Of a DNA stretch of 47,117 nt, positions 1 through 10,406 are shown one piece after another. The notes beneath the pieces are model-generated. The model worked only from the letters and a program-made list of their open reading frames with translations. It did no database searches and had not been told where the DNA came from. The DNA is from a virus. Its lineage: Duplodnaviria; Caudoviricetes. The translations under genes and the position numbers were made by a program. The stretch spans positions 1-47,117 of IMG/VR virus record IMGVR_UViG_3300017911_002034. One strand, written 5' to 3'. Numbering within the stretch: position 1 is the stretch's first letter; each line of letters opens with the position of its first letter.

Positions 1-234
1 CTTACCATTCATCTGAAGTTCGTAAAGAATCTTACTATTTCTTTGAACATAAGCACGAGCACCAGATGACAAAGCCCAATGAATAGCTTTAATATTAGCT
101 TTAGGCGATGATTGTGTTTCGGTTGATTTTTTAAGTGTTGTCGCCAACGCGATAGTGCCAGTAGCGGCAGTCCCGCGGACAGCTACTACACCATGTGTTT
201 GCGTAAGTTTTAGAGTGTCTACTGTGACTGCCAT
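1..234 (-). CDS. Hypothetical protein in the prohead core region (runs off the window edge)
   Basis: ATG at 234 opens MAVTVDTLKLTQTHGVVAVRGTAATGTIAL..., with no stop before position 1. It is absent from the ORF track. It lies downstream of gp20, where the T4 order predicts gp21 next. Confidence 0.6.
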   Translation of the reverse strand, partial: MAVTVDTLKLTQTHGVVAVRGTAATGTIALATTLKKSTETQSSPKANIKAIHWALSSGARAYVQRNSKILYELQMNGK

Positions 235-244
235 TTACTTTTCC

Positions 245-595
245 TTAGCTTTTTTTCTTTTTGTGGTTGCCGTGACTACCTTCCTCGAGAATCTCGAGGG
301 CATAAGTTTCACATGTTTCAATACCATGTTCAAACATTACTTTATACCACCAAACGTTTCCTTGTGCGTCTGGTTCTGCATGTTCACCGAAGATTGGTTT
401 ACCTTCACCATATTTAGGGTGAACAACTTTTGTAGCACATACATGCGTAAGATTAGGATCTTCAGAACCACCTTGCTTAGGAGGAGTCTCGTCACCCTTT
501 GTGCCTACTTCTGTTGGATGATATGCTGTAGGATCATCCATTTTAGGTTTGGCTACGGGGGTAGCTTCTTCCCTGAAAAGTTTAAACGTCTTCAT
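245..595 (-). CDS. Putative internal head protein with a T4-like capsid-targeting N-terminus
   Basis: The N-terminus MKTFKLFREE resembles the T4 IPIII capsid-targeting sequence MKTYQEFIAE. The gene lies in the prohead core region. Confidence 0.55.
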   Translation of the reverse strand: MKTFKLFREEATPVAKPKMDDPTAYHPTEVGTKGDETPPKQGGSEDPNLTHVCATKVVHPKYGEGKPIFGEHAEPDAQGNVWWYKVMFEHGIETCETYALEILEEGSHGNHKKKKS

Positions 596-926
596 TTTCT
601 TCCTCTGTTTCTACTTCAGGCTCTTCTTCAGTAACTGGCTCCTCAACTGGCTCCTCAACTGGTTCCTCACCTGTTTGATCTGGCATAATATCGGAAACAT
701 CAACAACTTCTCCTTCAGGAGCGGCTGGTTGATTAAAAATGGATGCAGCTACTTCTGCTTTACGGTCGGAAACAAGTTCATCTGCCTTGCGTCCTACAAC
801 ATCATTAAATGTAGCTTGGGCATCAGTTAGTTTACCATCAGCCCATTGATCCATCATTTTACGAATACCTTCTTCATTTTTATTCCAGGTTTCGTCATCC
901 ATGTGTTTTACTTCATTTTCACTCAT
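582..926 (-). CDS. Prohead core protein, gp67-like
   Basis: Small, very acidic protein directly after the portal gene, with a Glu/Pro-rich tail. This is the gp67 syntenic position. Confidence 0.6.
   Translation of the reverse strand: MSENEVKHMDDETWNKNEEGIRKMMDQWADGKLTDAQATFNDVVGRKADELVSDRKAEVAASIFNQPAAPEGEVVDVSDIMPDQTGEEPVEEPVEEPVTEEEPEVETEEENEDV
633..668. repeat. 3 x 12-bp tandem repeat (AACTGGCTCCTC) encoding EEPV repeats
   Basis: Units at 633, 645 and 657, with one mismatch in the third. Confidence 0.9.
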
Positions 927-2437
927 TGTTCAGTCTCACCTTCTGGTTGAGGTTCTACATCCTCAGCTTCACTATTTATTTCACTATCAATTCGCTTTAC
1001 ATCATCATCTGACATACGCAAAATTTCCTTTTGAACATATTCTTTACTGAAGAATTGTCCAACATAACCTGCAACACCATTAAGAACTTCAATTCTACTA
1101 CGCAGGATTTCCTGTTCCTTTGACTCTGTATAAAAAGCATCAGATGCAAAGGTATATCTAATGTCTTGTTTAATCTCTAACCACTCATCCTCGGTCATAA
1201 TACCTTTAAGAACAAGTTGTGTTTTCAACAAGTCATCAAACAAATTGCTAAATCGGCGGCGCAGTTTTGCGATAAACTTGGTAAATTTAAGTTCGTCACG
1301 GTTAATTTCCGCAGAACGACCAAAGTTTAATCCAGCCTGTTGTTCCAAACGTGATACAGGAACATTAAGTGATTGATAAAGTTTACGTTGGAAATAATCC
1401 ACGTCACCTGTTTCACCTAAGTTCTGTCCACCTGGCAATGTTTGAATCTCGGTTCCCCTACCACCTTCACGGCGAGGCATCCAATAATCTTCAAGCATTG
1501 ACATAAACTTTTTATCATCACGAATCTCACCAGTATTACCATCATAAACAAGTTTGTTACGATAGCGATCCATAATATCTTTGAGATACTGCTCTGCTTT
1601 AATCTTAGGCAAGTTGCCAGTATCTACATAAAAAATTCTTCTTTCAGGTGCTCTTGTAATACGATAAATTACAACAGCATTTTCCATCATTCTAAGTTGG
1701 TTTGCTGGACGAATCGCTTTGTGCAAATACGACAAAGGAATGTTTCTATCCTGGTCTACCAAACCTGAAGGGCAATAAGCAACAGCGTCTTTGCTAATTT
1801 TCAGTGCCTTATCATCTACGCTTGTAGATGCTTTATATTGGCCTGGCTTACTAGCAATGCCCTTATCATCGTAAATAAAATACTCTTCGATCTTCTTAAT
1901 AAACTGAACACCAGTTTGAGGATCTTTTTCTTTTTTTACTTCTCTGACTTTACGGATTTTTCTAGGATCAATATAGCGAATATCCGTAATGCCTTGTTTA
2001 GGTTTCGCTGTATCAATCACTTTATGAAAATAGATACGACCATCAATATACCAGCGTCTAAAATAATCTTGAGCTCTGTTGTCAAAATCAAATAATCTAA
2101 GAACAGTTTCAAATTCTTCTTGGATAGCCTTTTTTACTGTTGCAGACTGATTCACATCATCAGTGTTAACAATAACTGGCTTCTCATCATCTAAATTTGA
2201 TATAGAATCATTGATAATGTCTTCAATAGCCATATCAACATCAGACATCATTGAGATATCTCTATATCTCTTGATGAGTTGTTCTTCGGTGTTTGCAACA
2301 CCATCTACATCAAAATAGGTGCCATAGTATCCACCGCCTCGGATGGACTCTATTGCACCGTCCTCGGAAGGAGCCACAAAGGACTTTTCAGTCGCAGTGG
2401 GCTTCTTCCGAGTAATTTCAAACCCAAAAATTTCCAT
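923..2437 (-). CDS. g20: Portal vertex protein gp20
   Basis: Hallmark T4 gp20 motifs YRITRAPERRIFY, MLEDYWMPRREGGRGTEI and EINRDELKF. Confidence 0.98.
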   Translation of the reverse strand: MEIFGFEITRKKPTATEKSFVAPSEDGAIESIRGGGYYGTYFDVDGVANTEEQLIKRYRDISMMSDVDMAIEDIINDSISNLDDEKPVIVNTDDVNQSATVKKAIQEEFETVLRLFDFDNRAQDYFRRWYIDGRIYFHKVIDTAKPKQGITDIRYIDPRKIRKVREVKKEKDPQTGVQFIKKIEEYFIYDDKGIASKPGQYKASTSVDDKALKISKDAVAYCPSGLVDQDRNIPLSYLHKAIRPANQLRMMENAVVIYRITRAPERRIFYVDTGNLPKIKAEQYLKDIMDRYRNKLVYDGNTGEIRDDKKFMSMLEDYWMPRREGGRGTEIQTLPGGQNLGETGDVDYFQRKLYQSLNVPVSRLEQQAGLNFGRSAEINRDELKFTKFIAKLRRRFSNLFDDLLKTQLVLKGIMTEDEWLEIKQDIRYTFASDAFYTESKEQEILRSRIEVLNGVAGYVGQFFSKEYVQKEILRMSDDDVKRIDSEINSEAEDVEPQPEGETEQ

Positions 2438-2463
2438 ATTAAAATCTCCTACACGTTATAATG

Positions 2464-2979
2464 TTATGCTACATCATAATGTGTATATTGGAACGTCACT
2501 GTAAATTCCTCAAAAATATCGTTCTGAGCATACTGCAGAGCAATTTCTGACATGTTAATTGGGAAGGCGTTACGCAGTGTGTAACTACCACCTGCCAATA
2601 CTTCATCGTTGCGGTCCAGATGTTCGACAACAATATCCGCTTGATAATCACTTGGTGTAAGAACGCCTGTGTTATCTTCACGATTATTCAGTCCATTCAT
2701 CCACTCCTCAAATGGAGTCCGCAGTGAAAAGTCCGAATCGTTAACAACAGTAATTGTAAACGGATCGAAAATTCTCTCACCAGCAAGTTTAATCTCACGA
2801 CCTCTATACTGGATAATAGCTGGGTTGACGTTGGAAGCTGGGAGTGCCGCACCAGTTACGAGCAAACTATAACTATTGTCCACGTTACCTACATAACCTG
2901 GGAAAGCTAATGTCACTCTAAACTGGTTAGGTCTTGCTCCACCTGCGCCTAGCCTAGCCTTAAATTCTTCAATATTCAT
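2464..2979 (-). CDS. g19: Tail tube protein gp19
   Basis: Motifs GGARPNQF, YRGREIKLAGER and EEFTVTFQY; lies between gp18 and gp20. Confidence 0.95.
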   Translation of the reverse strand: MNIEEFKARLGAGGARPNQFRVTLAFPGYVGNVDNSYSLLVTGAALPASNVNPAIIQYRGREIKLAGERIFDPFTITVVNDSDFSLRTPFEEWMNGLNNREDNTGVLTPSDYQADIVVEHLDRNDEVLAGGSYTLRNAFPINMSEIALQYAQNDIFEEFTVTFQYTHYDVA

Positions 2980-3011
2980 TTTTATTTCTCCTGATTGAAT
3001 TATTTATCTGA

Positions 3012-4931
3012 TTAGGCGCCAAGCTCTTCAAACGAAATGCCTGTGCGAGTTGCAACAAATGTCAGTGTAATAAAGTTAATTGAGCGAGCAGGCTTAATGA
3101 AAATATCTGCTCTAAACTCATTGGAGTCTACTACCTGAGCTGTATTATTTGTTTCGTCACAAACAACACGGAAGTCATAAATGCCTCTACGACCTTGAAC
3201 GTCACGCAAGAATGGTTCTACCAAGCTACGGAATTGTGCTCTTGTAAACGCATCGTTAAATTCAAACAGTTGGAACTTAGCTGCCGTTGCAATTGCTTTT
3301 TCAAGAGTAATAAACAATCTACGGACGTTAATGCGATTGAAGGCACTTTCTTTATCAAGCATTGTTTTGTCACCAAACAATACAAAACCACTTCCTGGAA
3401 ATCCAACAATTGGGTTGGCGCCGCCTCTGTAAAGTGTGTCACGATCTGCTTTCTTAGGATTAAATGCAAGTTTAACTGCATTTTTAATTTGACCTCTATT
3501 AAAGCCAGCTGGTGAGAACCAAGGATCAGCGGTCAAATCAGCATTTACACATGTGCCTGCTGTGTCGCCATTACATGGAATCCAACGATACTTGTCATTG
3601 TATTTGTCATACATGTATTTCCAGCCTGTATCAAATACAGCATATGAAGAACGTGTATATGACAATTGTGTTGCCTGAATAGAGGAAACTTCGGAACCTG
3701 CGTTATTTACAACGTTTGCTTTTGTTGGTGAAAGGAATACCATGCAATCCTTACGGACATCCGTAATATTGTCAATGATATAATCCCCTACTGTTGTGCT
3801 ATGAGCACCAGCAAGAAGCAAGTTTACATCTACTTCTTCATCATTTGCAAACAAGTCATAACCAGCTTGCAAGTCAGCGTCTGCAGGAGAACCATCAACA
3901 CCACCTGTAAGTGAAACGTTTAGGTCATTGGAACTTTCAACAAGGTCATCAAAAGTTGTGCCGGCAGCTTCATTACCCCAGTTTGCACCATCACCTGGAT
4001 GATCCATCCAGTAAATCCACTTAGACTGATTATTAATTACATTCTTGTAGAAGTTACTTTCATTTTGGTCACTTTTAGCATCTGATGCTTTTGACAAACC
4101 TTGGAACTTTTCAAGAACTGTATTTGCTTTACCTGTAATTTTACCATCTTCGTCAATAACAATAACATGAACTTCATCATACAGACCACCTTGGTCTGTA
4201 GCGTATGATGTAGTAATTGGAGCATAATCAAAATTATTTTTATATGTCCAGTCTGTTGTCAAAACTGCTGTAGCCGCGCCGCCTGTGCCGCCGCCACCTG
4301 AGATAGTAACACTTGGTGCGGATGTATAACCAATACCGCCAAAAGTGACTGTTATTGAATCAATAGTAGAACCGCCATCTAGGTCGGCTGTTGCTGTTGC
4401 GCCAATTGAGCCAACGTTAGGTGCCGCAATTGTTACTGTTGGTGCTGAGGTATAACCAGAACCAGCATTATCAACAGTAATTGAAGCAACCGAAGTATTA
4501 CCATAAGTTGTAATATCTGCAATGCCTACTTTAATAGAATTACCTAAAGTGCCTGGATATTTGGCAGCCCAAGGTCCAACGTTGCCCGAACCATCTTCGT
4601 AGCTGTTTTCATACTCATCTCTATTTCTGATTTGAACAGCAGTGCCTGACTGAACGGCGTTTTTAGCCGCAGTTCCGACTTCGCGAACGACTTTAAGAGC
4701 CGAGCCATATGCAAGGAAGCTAGCCGCTGTAAGAAAATCTGTTGAAGTTGTATCATTAGGCTTACCAAAACGGTCAACAAGATTGTTTTCACCGTCAATA
4801 GTAATAATCTCGCGGGCAGGACCCCAACGGAAGTCACCAACGAAACCACCAATGGTTGTGCCAACCGCTGGGACTACATTGGTAGCATCTTGTTCCTGAA
4901 CGAGAACGCCTGGGGAAAGCTGAAAAGCCAT
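3012..4931 (-). CDS. g18: Tail sheath protein gp18, with an inserted GSGYTSAPTVTI module
   Basis: N-terminal LSPGV, plus WFSPAG, FGDKT, RINVRRLF and KPARSINFI. Confidence 0.97.
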   Translation of the reverse strand: MAFQLSPGVLVQEQDATNVVPAVGTTIGGFVGDFRWGPAREIITIDGENNLVDRFGKPNDTTSTDFLTAASFLAYGSALKVVREVGTAAKNAVQSGTAVQIRNRDEYENSYEDGSGNVGPWAAKYPGTLGNSIKVGIADITTYGNTSVASITVDNAGSGYTSAPTVTIAAPNVGSIGATATADLDGGSTIDSITVTFGGIGYTSAPSVTISGGGGTGGAATAVLTTDWTYKNNFDYAPITTSYATDQGGLYDEVHVIVIDEDGKITGKANTVLEKFQGLSKASDAKSDQNESNFYKNVINNQSKWIYWMDHPGDGANWGNEAAGTTFDDLVESSNDLNVSLTGGVDGSPADADLQAGYDLFANDEEVDVNLLLAGAHSTTVGDYIIDNITDVRKDCMVFLSPTKANVVNNAGSEVSSIQATQLSYTRSSYAVFDTGWKYMYDKYNDKYRWIPCNGDTAGTCVNADLTADPWFSPAGFNRGQIKNAVKLAFNPKKADRDTLYRGGANPIVGFPGSGFVLFGDKTMLDKESAFNRINVRRLFITLEKAIATAAKFQLFEFNDAFTRAQFRSLVEPFLRDVQGRRGIYDFRVVCDETNNTAQVVDSNEFRADIFIKPARSINFITLTFVATRTGISFEELGA

Positions 4932-4983
4932 TTTATTCTCCTCGAATTAGTTAAGCGTTTTTATTTGTTAATCTGCTACAGAA

Positions 4984-4991
4984 TATTTATA
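4984..4991 (-). promoter_or_regulatory. T4-type late promoter TATAAATA upstream of gp18
   Basis: Exact match in the gp17-gp18 intergenic gap. Confidence 0.8.
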
Positions 4992-4997
4992 ATTCTT

Positions 4998-6629
4998 TTA
5001 TTTTGTGTCTGCAAACATCCAGACGTCACCACCCATTACCTCCATTTCAGGTTCAGATCCATCTACAATCTGACCAAAAGGAGTGAGGTCATTTTCAATC
5101 ATACGCATTTCAGAGTTATATATGCCTTCTCTAACATTCACATTTGTAAGGTCACTGAAGAAAGAATTGCTCGTAACCCATCCAAATAATACTAAGCTCA
5201 TAACCAAATCATCATGGTATCCTTCATCCGCTTGAAAAGTTCCACTTCTTTCAATAAAAGTAGATAATTCTTGTATAATATCTGCGTCAAAAAGTAAAAG
5301 TTTCTTTTCTTCCATTAAACTTTTAAATGCAAAACACCCCTGTCTCTTTACTGCTTTGGAGGTCGTAACGCCAAGGCGTGCCTGTTTCCCAAATCCAGGA
5401 GTAATATATTGTTTTCCATTTTCAGTAACAGTTGTAAAAATGTTTTCATATTCATTCTCTTGATGTAAAATATCTAATACTTGTTGACCTATGTCATTGG
5501 ACTCAATCATAACAAAGGCATTATTGTAATCCCTACCAACTTTATCAATAATATTAGGATAAAGTAAAGGTGAAATTTTGTTGTGTCTGTATTTTGCAAC
5601 AACTTTATAGGGCATTGATGTTACGTCCATTACAGTAAAGGCTGAATAATCACCACCGATGCCACGGGCAACGTCTGCAACTAACACATAATATTTATCC
5701 TTTTGAGGTTCTTCATAAATGTCAAGTCCATCATTTGTGTATATTGGATCAATAGAACTCAAAACTGACAATGTTTTGCCATTAATTAATGTATTAGACG
5801 ACCCAAGAAACTCACACAAAACCTCCTGATTAAACTTCAACTCGCCTAGAAGTTGCAATTGTTGTTCTGCCCACGCCTCGTCCCTGCCTGGTATTTCACT
5901 ATAATGAATAAACATGTTTTCAAAACCATTAGTGCCTTTTTCAGATTCGTTCCAAAACTTCCAAAAATGGTTATATCCTAATGGTGTGGATGTAAGTAGA
6001 ATTTTTGTAGTCTCACCAGCAGAAATAGTAGGATAAACAGAGGTGAAGAACTCCTCGGCTACGTTATTAGGAATAATTGCCGCCTCATCAATATACAACC
6101 AGTTAACCGATTTACCTCGAATACCACTTGCCGTTGTGGCGGCTGTGAATACACGGGAGCCATTTTCAAGATCTACGTCACCTTTATTCCACGTTTTTAC
6201 CCCTTGTTGCATCCAAATAGGCAGGTGTTCATACATAATTTGATACCTAGCTAAAACTTCTCTAGCTGCATTACTTTTGTTAGCCATAATAGCCACAGTT
6301 TTTGCATCTTGAAAAATTGTGTAATGTAGAATACATGCGGCGGCAGTAACCGTTTTACCCTGCTGACGACCCTCCATAAGAATACAACGTCTGTTATTCA
6401 TTATAAAGTCTACTTTTTTCTTTTGACAATCATATAACTTAAAGGGTTGTAAGCCCTGGTCAAGAGTTACAATCATACAATAATTTTCAATAAAGTAGAT
6501 AGGATCTTCTTTACATTTCATATATTCAGCAATTTGTTCTTTTGTCCAGTCGTGTTTATAACCAACCGGCTTTAGATTAGGATTGCCGTGATATGAGGTA
6601 TCCTCAGTCTTCTCGATCTGTAGAGTCAT
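4998..6629 (-). CDS. g17: Terminase large subunit gp17
   Basis: Walker A-like GRQQGKT, Walker B LYIDEAA, LTSTPLG, and nuclease motifs ADVARG and HDDLVM. Likely ATG at 6629; the track uses TTG at 6635. Confidence 0.98.
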   Translation of the reverse strand: MTLQIEKTEDTSYHGNPNLKPVGYKHDWTKEQIAEYMKCKEDPIYFIENYCMIVTLDQGLQPFKLYDCQKKKVDFIMNNRRCILMEGRQQGKTVTAAACILHYTIFQDAKTVAIMANKSNAAREVLARYQIMYEHLPIWMQQGVKTWNKGDVDLENGSRVFTAATTASGIRGKSVNWLYIDEAAIIPNNVAEEFFTSVYPTISAGETTKILLTSTPLGYNHFWKFWNESEKGTNGFENMFIHYSEIPGRDEAWAEQQLQLLGELKFNQEVLCEFLGSSNTLINGKTLSVLSSIDPIYTNDGLDIYEEPQKDKYYVLVADVARGIGGDYSAFTVMDVTSMPYKVVAKYRHNKISPLLYPNIIDKVGRDYNNAFVMIESNDIGQQVLDILHQENEYENIFTTVTENGKQYITPGFGKQARLGVTTSKAVKRQGCFAFKSLMEEKKLLLFDADIIQELSTFIERSGTFQADEGYHDDLVMSLVLFGWVTSNSFFSDLTNVNVREGIYNSEMRMIENDLTPFGQIVDGSEPEMEVMGGDVWMFADTK

Positions 6630-7053
6630 GCTCAATCGTCTTCTGTTCGTTGTTAATTGCTTTTAACAAATCAGAAGTGCTTCCATTAAATACAATATTT
6701 GTTTGTTTTTCAATTTTGTTGGCTACCTTGCCATCAATTTTATCAATTTTTTGTTTGCGCTCCTGCACATCCATAACATCTTTTGCTTGGTCACTCATAG
6801 TTTTAATTAACTGCCCAGCAACCTCAAATGCCCGAGGGTTGTCTGAATTTTGTGCAATTTGCAAAATGCCCTGAATAGCTTCCTCACCATATACCATTGC
6901 TCTTTTCAAAGCATTTCTAGCTTCCTGAAAATCATTTTCAAGTTGTTCATCCTGTTCATCTTGCGGAATCATAGGAGTTTTTGTTTCCTCAACTTTAGTT
7001 AAGGTGCCAAACGTTTTATCCAACGCATCAAATACTTTATTTTTGTTACTCAT
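6604..7053 (-). CDS. g16: Terminase small subunit gp16
   Basis: PRAFEV motif and NIVFNGSTSDL tail; directly upstream of gp17. Probable start MSNKNK at 7053. Confidence 0.88.
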   Translation of the reverse strand: MSNKNKVFDALDKTFGTLTKVEETKTPMIPQDEQDEQLENDFQEARNALKRAMVYGEEAIQGILQIAQNSDNPRAFEVAGQLIKTMSDQAKDVMDVQERKQKIDKIDGKVANKIEKQTNIVFNGSTSDLLKAINNEQKTIEHDSTDRED

Positions 7054-8302
7054 AAACTGTATCAAACTCCTCGAGGAATCTATACGCATCATCAATTGTT
7101 TGTATGCCAGAGTCCGGTGCTTCAAATGTTACAGTAGGTGCATCTGTATATCCTGTTCCACCTTCATCTACTGTTACACTTGCAACTCTAAACTTACCAC
7201 TATTTAGCGGATCTGCTTCCATAGTTACAGAGGCTCTAGCTGTTGTATTGTTTGTAACAGAATCTATTCTGATAGTAGCCGGATTGTCAATTACTGTAGA
7301 AACAATATCACCTACTTGATATCCTGTGCCACCACCGACAATAGTGAAACTTGTCAACCCACCACTACTTGTTGCTCTAATTCTAAATCCTGTTCCCGAG
7401 CCACCTGTTGTATCATATGTGTCACCATTAATGTGACCAGCACCTGTAGTTTGAACACTAGCTCCTGTTACCTCACCATTCCCAGGAGGATCTGCTATAG
7501 TAATATTAGGTCCGGAAGATGTGTAACCGCCGCCACTATATGTGACAGCTATAGCACTTACAGCATTGCTTGTAACGGTTGCTGTTCCTGTTGCGGTCGC
7601 GGCAGTAACTTCATATGTTTGTCTTGTTCTTTCACCAGTAAGATCAGGATTTTGATAAACGTCAGCAATAACTTTTCGTATAATACCCTGATCCGCTATA
7701 TGCCCATAAAAATTTAGTTTCATAGTAAAGTTGAGAGACCAAATAATACTTTGTCTGTCTGCAAATTGACCGTATGTGTTATCCTCATATGCAATTGATT
7801 CTAATGTAATTTTAATATCTCTCTTGATACCGAGTTCAGGCAGGTCATTTACTGTGATATTGAAATCAGGATTGAAGAAAGGTAAAATTTGTTCAATAAT
7901 TTGTAAAGCATCTTCTTGGTTTTTAGCAAAGCAATATAATGTAAGGTTCAAATCATATGGTGTGGACACAAATGTTTGTGTCATTTTAAGAGCATCTGAT
8001 GTATTTGTTTTACGATGCTGTTGAATAGGTGCAACTTTTCTTGTAGGATCGTATGTGAGAGAACTAATCTCGAATCCCATACGAGGCAAAACCAATGCTA
8101 CTTCCTGGTCAGTTAGATTTGGTTGACCTTCAATACGAGACAAAAACTTTTGTTTTGTAGCATATGCAAGTGGAACTCTAAGGGATTGCACAACAGCACC
8201 ATTAGAATCCTTACGTTGTATAACAATATTATTAAATATAGAACCAAATGCCGCAACAGCTCTGCGGACATGAGAGTGATAAAAAGTTTTTCCTCTAAAC
8301 AT
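7046..8302 (-). CDS. g15: Tail sheath stabiliser/terminator gp15 with a C-terminal Gly/Thr-rich extension
   Basis: Motifs FYH...FGSIFNNI, VPLAYA, LPRMGFE and EQILPFF; located after gp14. Confidence 0.9.
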   Translation of the reverse strand: MFRGKTFYHSHVRRAVAAFGSIFNNIVIQRKDSNGAVVQSLRVPLAYATKQKFLSRIEGQPNLTDQEVALVLPRMGFEISSLTYDPTRKVAPIQQHRKTNTSDALKMTQTFVSTPYDLNLTLYCFAKNQEDALQIIEQILPFFNPDFNITVNDLPELGIKRDIKITLESIAYEDNTYGQFADRQSIIWSLNFTMKLNFYGHIADQGIIRKVIADVYQNPDLTGERTRQTYEVTAATATGTATVTSNAVSAIAVTYSGGGYTSSGPNITIADPPGNGEVTGASVQTTGAGHINGDTYDTTGGSGTGFRIRATSSGGLTSFTIVGGGTGYQVGDIVSTVIDNPATIRIDSVTNNTTARASVTMEADPLNSGKFRVASVTVDEGGTGYTDAPTVTFEAPDSGIQTIDDAYRFLEEFDTVYE

Positions 8303-9051
8303 TATAGCTCACCGAAAGGATTAGATTCTGTAAAGTCAAGAATATTATCTACTTGTTGAACGTTTACAAAATCTGCGTTATCGCCTGAAACAGCGGGTTT
8401 AATGGCATATGTTTGTAGAATCAAACTACCGCCATCCTCAAGAACAAGTGAATCCCCTGTTTCCAATTTAAATTCATGTAGCAGTGCATCAACAGAGAGA
8501 TTATCTTCAATTGCATCTATCTCTGTATTGCCTGTATCCAGCGCCTCAGAACTATATTCAAATAATTCACAACGCAATCTAAACGTATGTAATTTACCAA
8601 CTTGATAAAATGGATCCTGGTGTTCGACAAACTTAATCTCAAACAAAGATTTTGTCATAGGAAAGTAAAGCAAATCACCTTCTGCTGGTCGCGAATCCAA
8701 TTGAAAACTACCACCATAATCCTTTGCGCTTTCTACACTTTCTTCCCAACGTCTTTTAGCAACAACAAATGTTGCGCTGTCTCTAATCTCAATACCAAAA
8801 CGCTGGAACAAATCACCCTCACCCTCAAAACCATCAACAGGTTCCATATACATTTCGAGGTGATATGCCTGTGTAAACTTGGACAACTCGCTTTCATCGA
8901 ACAAGACGTCCCTGTTTACAAGAGTCCTTGGCATATACAAAATGTCATGGCCGTAAATTTTAAGAGCTTCAATGTGAAGATCTTCCACAAGCGTTTGCTC
9001 ATTTACTTCGCCGATTGACCTTCCGCGTTGGAAATAGTGATTAGTTGGCAT
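8302..9051 (-). CDS. g14: Neck protein gp14
   Basis: Motifs RPAEGDLLYFP, FEIKFVEH, PFYQVGK, CELFEYS and C-terminal NPFG. Confidence 0.93.
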   Translation of the reverse strand: MPTNHYFQRGRSIGEVNEQTLVEDLHIEALKIYGHDILYMPRTLVNRDVLFDESELSKFTQAYHLEMYMEPVDGFEGEGDLFQRFGIEIRDSATFVVAKRRWEESVESAKDYGGSFQLDSRPAEGDLLYFPMTKSLFEIKFVEHQDPFYQVGKLHTFRLRCELFEYSSEALDTGNTEIDAIEDNLSVDALLHEFKLETGDSLVLEDGGSLILQTYAIKPAVSGDNADFVNVQQVDNILDFTESNPFGEL

Positions 9052-9055
9052 CTAA

Positions 9056-10012
9056 TTATCCTACCATAAATGAAGGTGGAAGTTCATAGTTAAGTTGCAT
9101 TTGTTCTTCAATTTGTGCAATTTCAGTAATTGCTTCTTGAAAAATTTGGTCTCCGTTAAGTGTAACGCCTCCTGGTAGAGCAATACCTCCAAACTTTTTC
9201 ATATTTTCACCCCATTGTCTTTTAATCAATGCAGTTGTGTATCGTTTCAACCACATATCATCATAGACTTCTGAATACTCTGTAGGGTCAATAAGTTTAG
9301 CGCCTTCTGCTACAACATAGTCACCAATGTTAAATGTTTTATCCATGTCAGTGTCAATGTGCATTTTATTTGTCTTACGATTAAAACGAATTGCTCTTTC
9401 ATTTACGAACAAACTTTCCAAGAGGTTCATATGTGTTTTAACCATAGAGTAATATGTTACATCAGCACTTAACAAGTTGTAAAGATCATTCAATGCAAAC
9501 TGATAATCTACGTCAAACAATCCATCAGATCTAGCACCAGCAATCAAACCAAATTTAAACATGCGTGTGATACCCAACCAGGAATCGTCAACTACAATAT
9601 ATCCGTTTTCGATGTCACCTTTTACAATTGTGTCAATCGTCGCTGTAAGTCCCGACTCGCTGCCTGTGATTGTTTCCCCAGCTTCGAATTTTTCAGGCTT
9701 GTCTGTATTTTCGTAGACAACTCCTGTTCCAGTGCTATCTTTATGAACCGTCGCCTTTGCACCAGATGTTCCTCCCGTTACTTTTTCACCTACTGTAAAT
9801 GATACCGATGTTGTCAGATTCAATGTAGAACCTGAAAGTTTCTTTTTTAAATATGCGCGCTCTACACCATCAAAGTGATATTCTTGCCACATTTGTAGAG
9901 CATCATCAACTCTATCACTAATCTGATCTTCATCAACATTGATTTCAATTACTGGGAAACCAAGTCTGCGAAGTGAATAGTCAATAAGTCCTTGTCTTGT
10001 AGTAATAGCCAT
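9056..10012 (-). CDS. g13: Neck protein gp13
   Basis: Motifs LRRLGFPVIEINV and KRQWGENMKKFGGIALPGGVTLNG; contains an internal duplicated FxxGExxTG module. Confidence 0.93.
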   Translation of the reverse strand: MAITTRQGLIDYSLRRLGFPVIEINVDEDQISDRVDDALQMWQEYHFDGVERAYLKKKLSGSTLNLTTSVSFTVGEKVTGGTSGAKATVHKDSTGTGVVYENTDKPEKFEAGETITGSESGLTATIDTIVKGDIENGYIVVDDSWLGITRMFKFGLIAGARSDGLFDVDYQFALNDLYNLLSADVTYYSMVKTHMNLLESLFVNERAIRFNRKTNKMHIDTDMDKTFNIGDYVVAEGAKLIDPTEYSEVYDDMWLKRYTTALIKRQWGENMKKFGGIALPGGVTLNGDQIFQEAITEIAQIEEQMQLNYELPPSFMVG

Positions 10013-10356
10013 TATGCCCTCGTTACGTTAGGTCTTACAGTTACGATACCTTGGAAAGGTCTCAATGTTTCGGAACCATCGGCAACTTCAATATCGTAAA
10101 CAAATCTATTATTACCTGTAGAACCAACTGTAATTGCCGCAGTCTCAGCCGCAGTAAGGGATAATGTTACCTTACCATCGGCTTCAACAACAGCAGTAGT
10201 AAAATCTGTTGATGTGGATGAATAGTGAGATCTACGCATTTGCGCGGTCGCCGTATAACCTGTTAGGTCTTTGGCACTTCCCGAAGAATCTTTTACAATA
10301 AAATCCTGGGAAAATGTGGCGCCCTGCTCAATTACGATGTTAGTAGTTGTTGCCAT
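10012..10356 (-). CDS. Small virion structural protein upstream of gp13
   Basis: Pattern IEQGATF...DLTGYTATAQMR...YDIE recurs in myophage structural proteins; preceded by a late promoter. Confidence 0.6.
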   Translation of the reverse strand: MATTTNIVIEQGATFSQDFIVKDSSGSAKDLTGYTATAQMRRSHYSSTSTDFTTAVVEADGKVTLSLTAAETAAITVGSTGNNRFVYDIEVADGSETLRPFQGIVTVRPNVTRA

Positions 10357-10381
10357 TGGTCATCTTCCTTATTTGTTTTAC

Positions 10382-10399
10382 TATTTATACAACTAAATA
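10382..10399. promoter_or_regulatory. Divergent late promoters: TATAAATA on minus (10382-10389) and variant ACTAAATA on plus (10392-10399)
   Basis: Both lie in the 50-bp gap between the neck operon and the glycosyltransferase cluster. The plus-strand box is non-consensus. Confidence 0.6.
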
Positions 10400-10406
10400 A
10401 TAGAAC

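Noticed and set aside
923-6629. Introns or inteins in portal, sheath or terminase genes
   Set aside because: The ORFs are continuous and of ordinary length, and no intein or intron motifs were seen.
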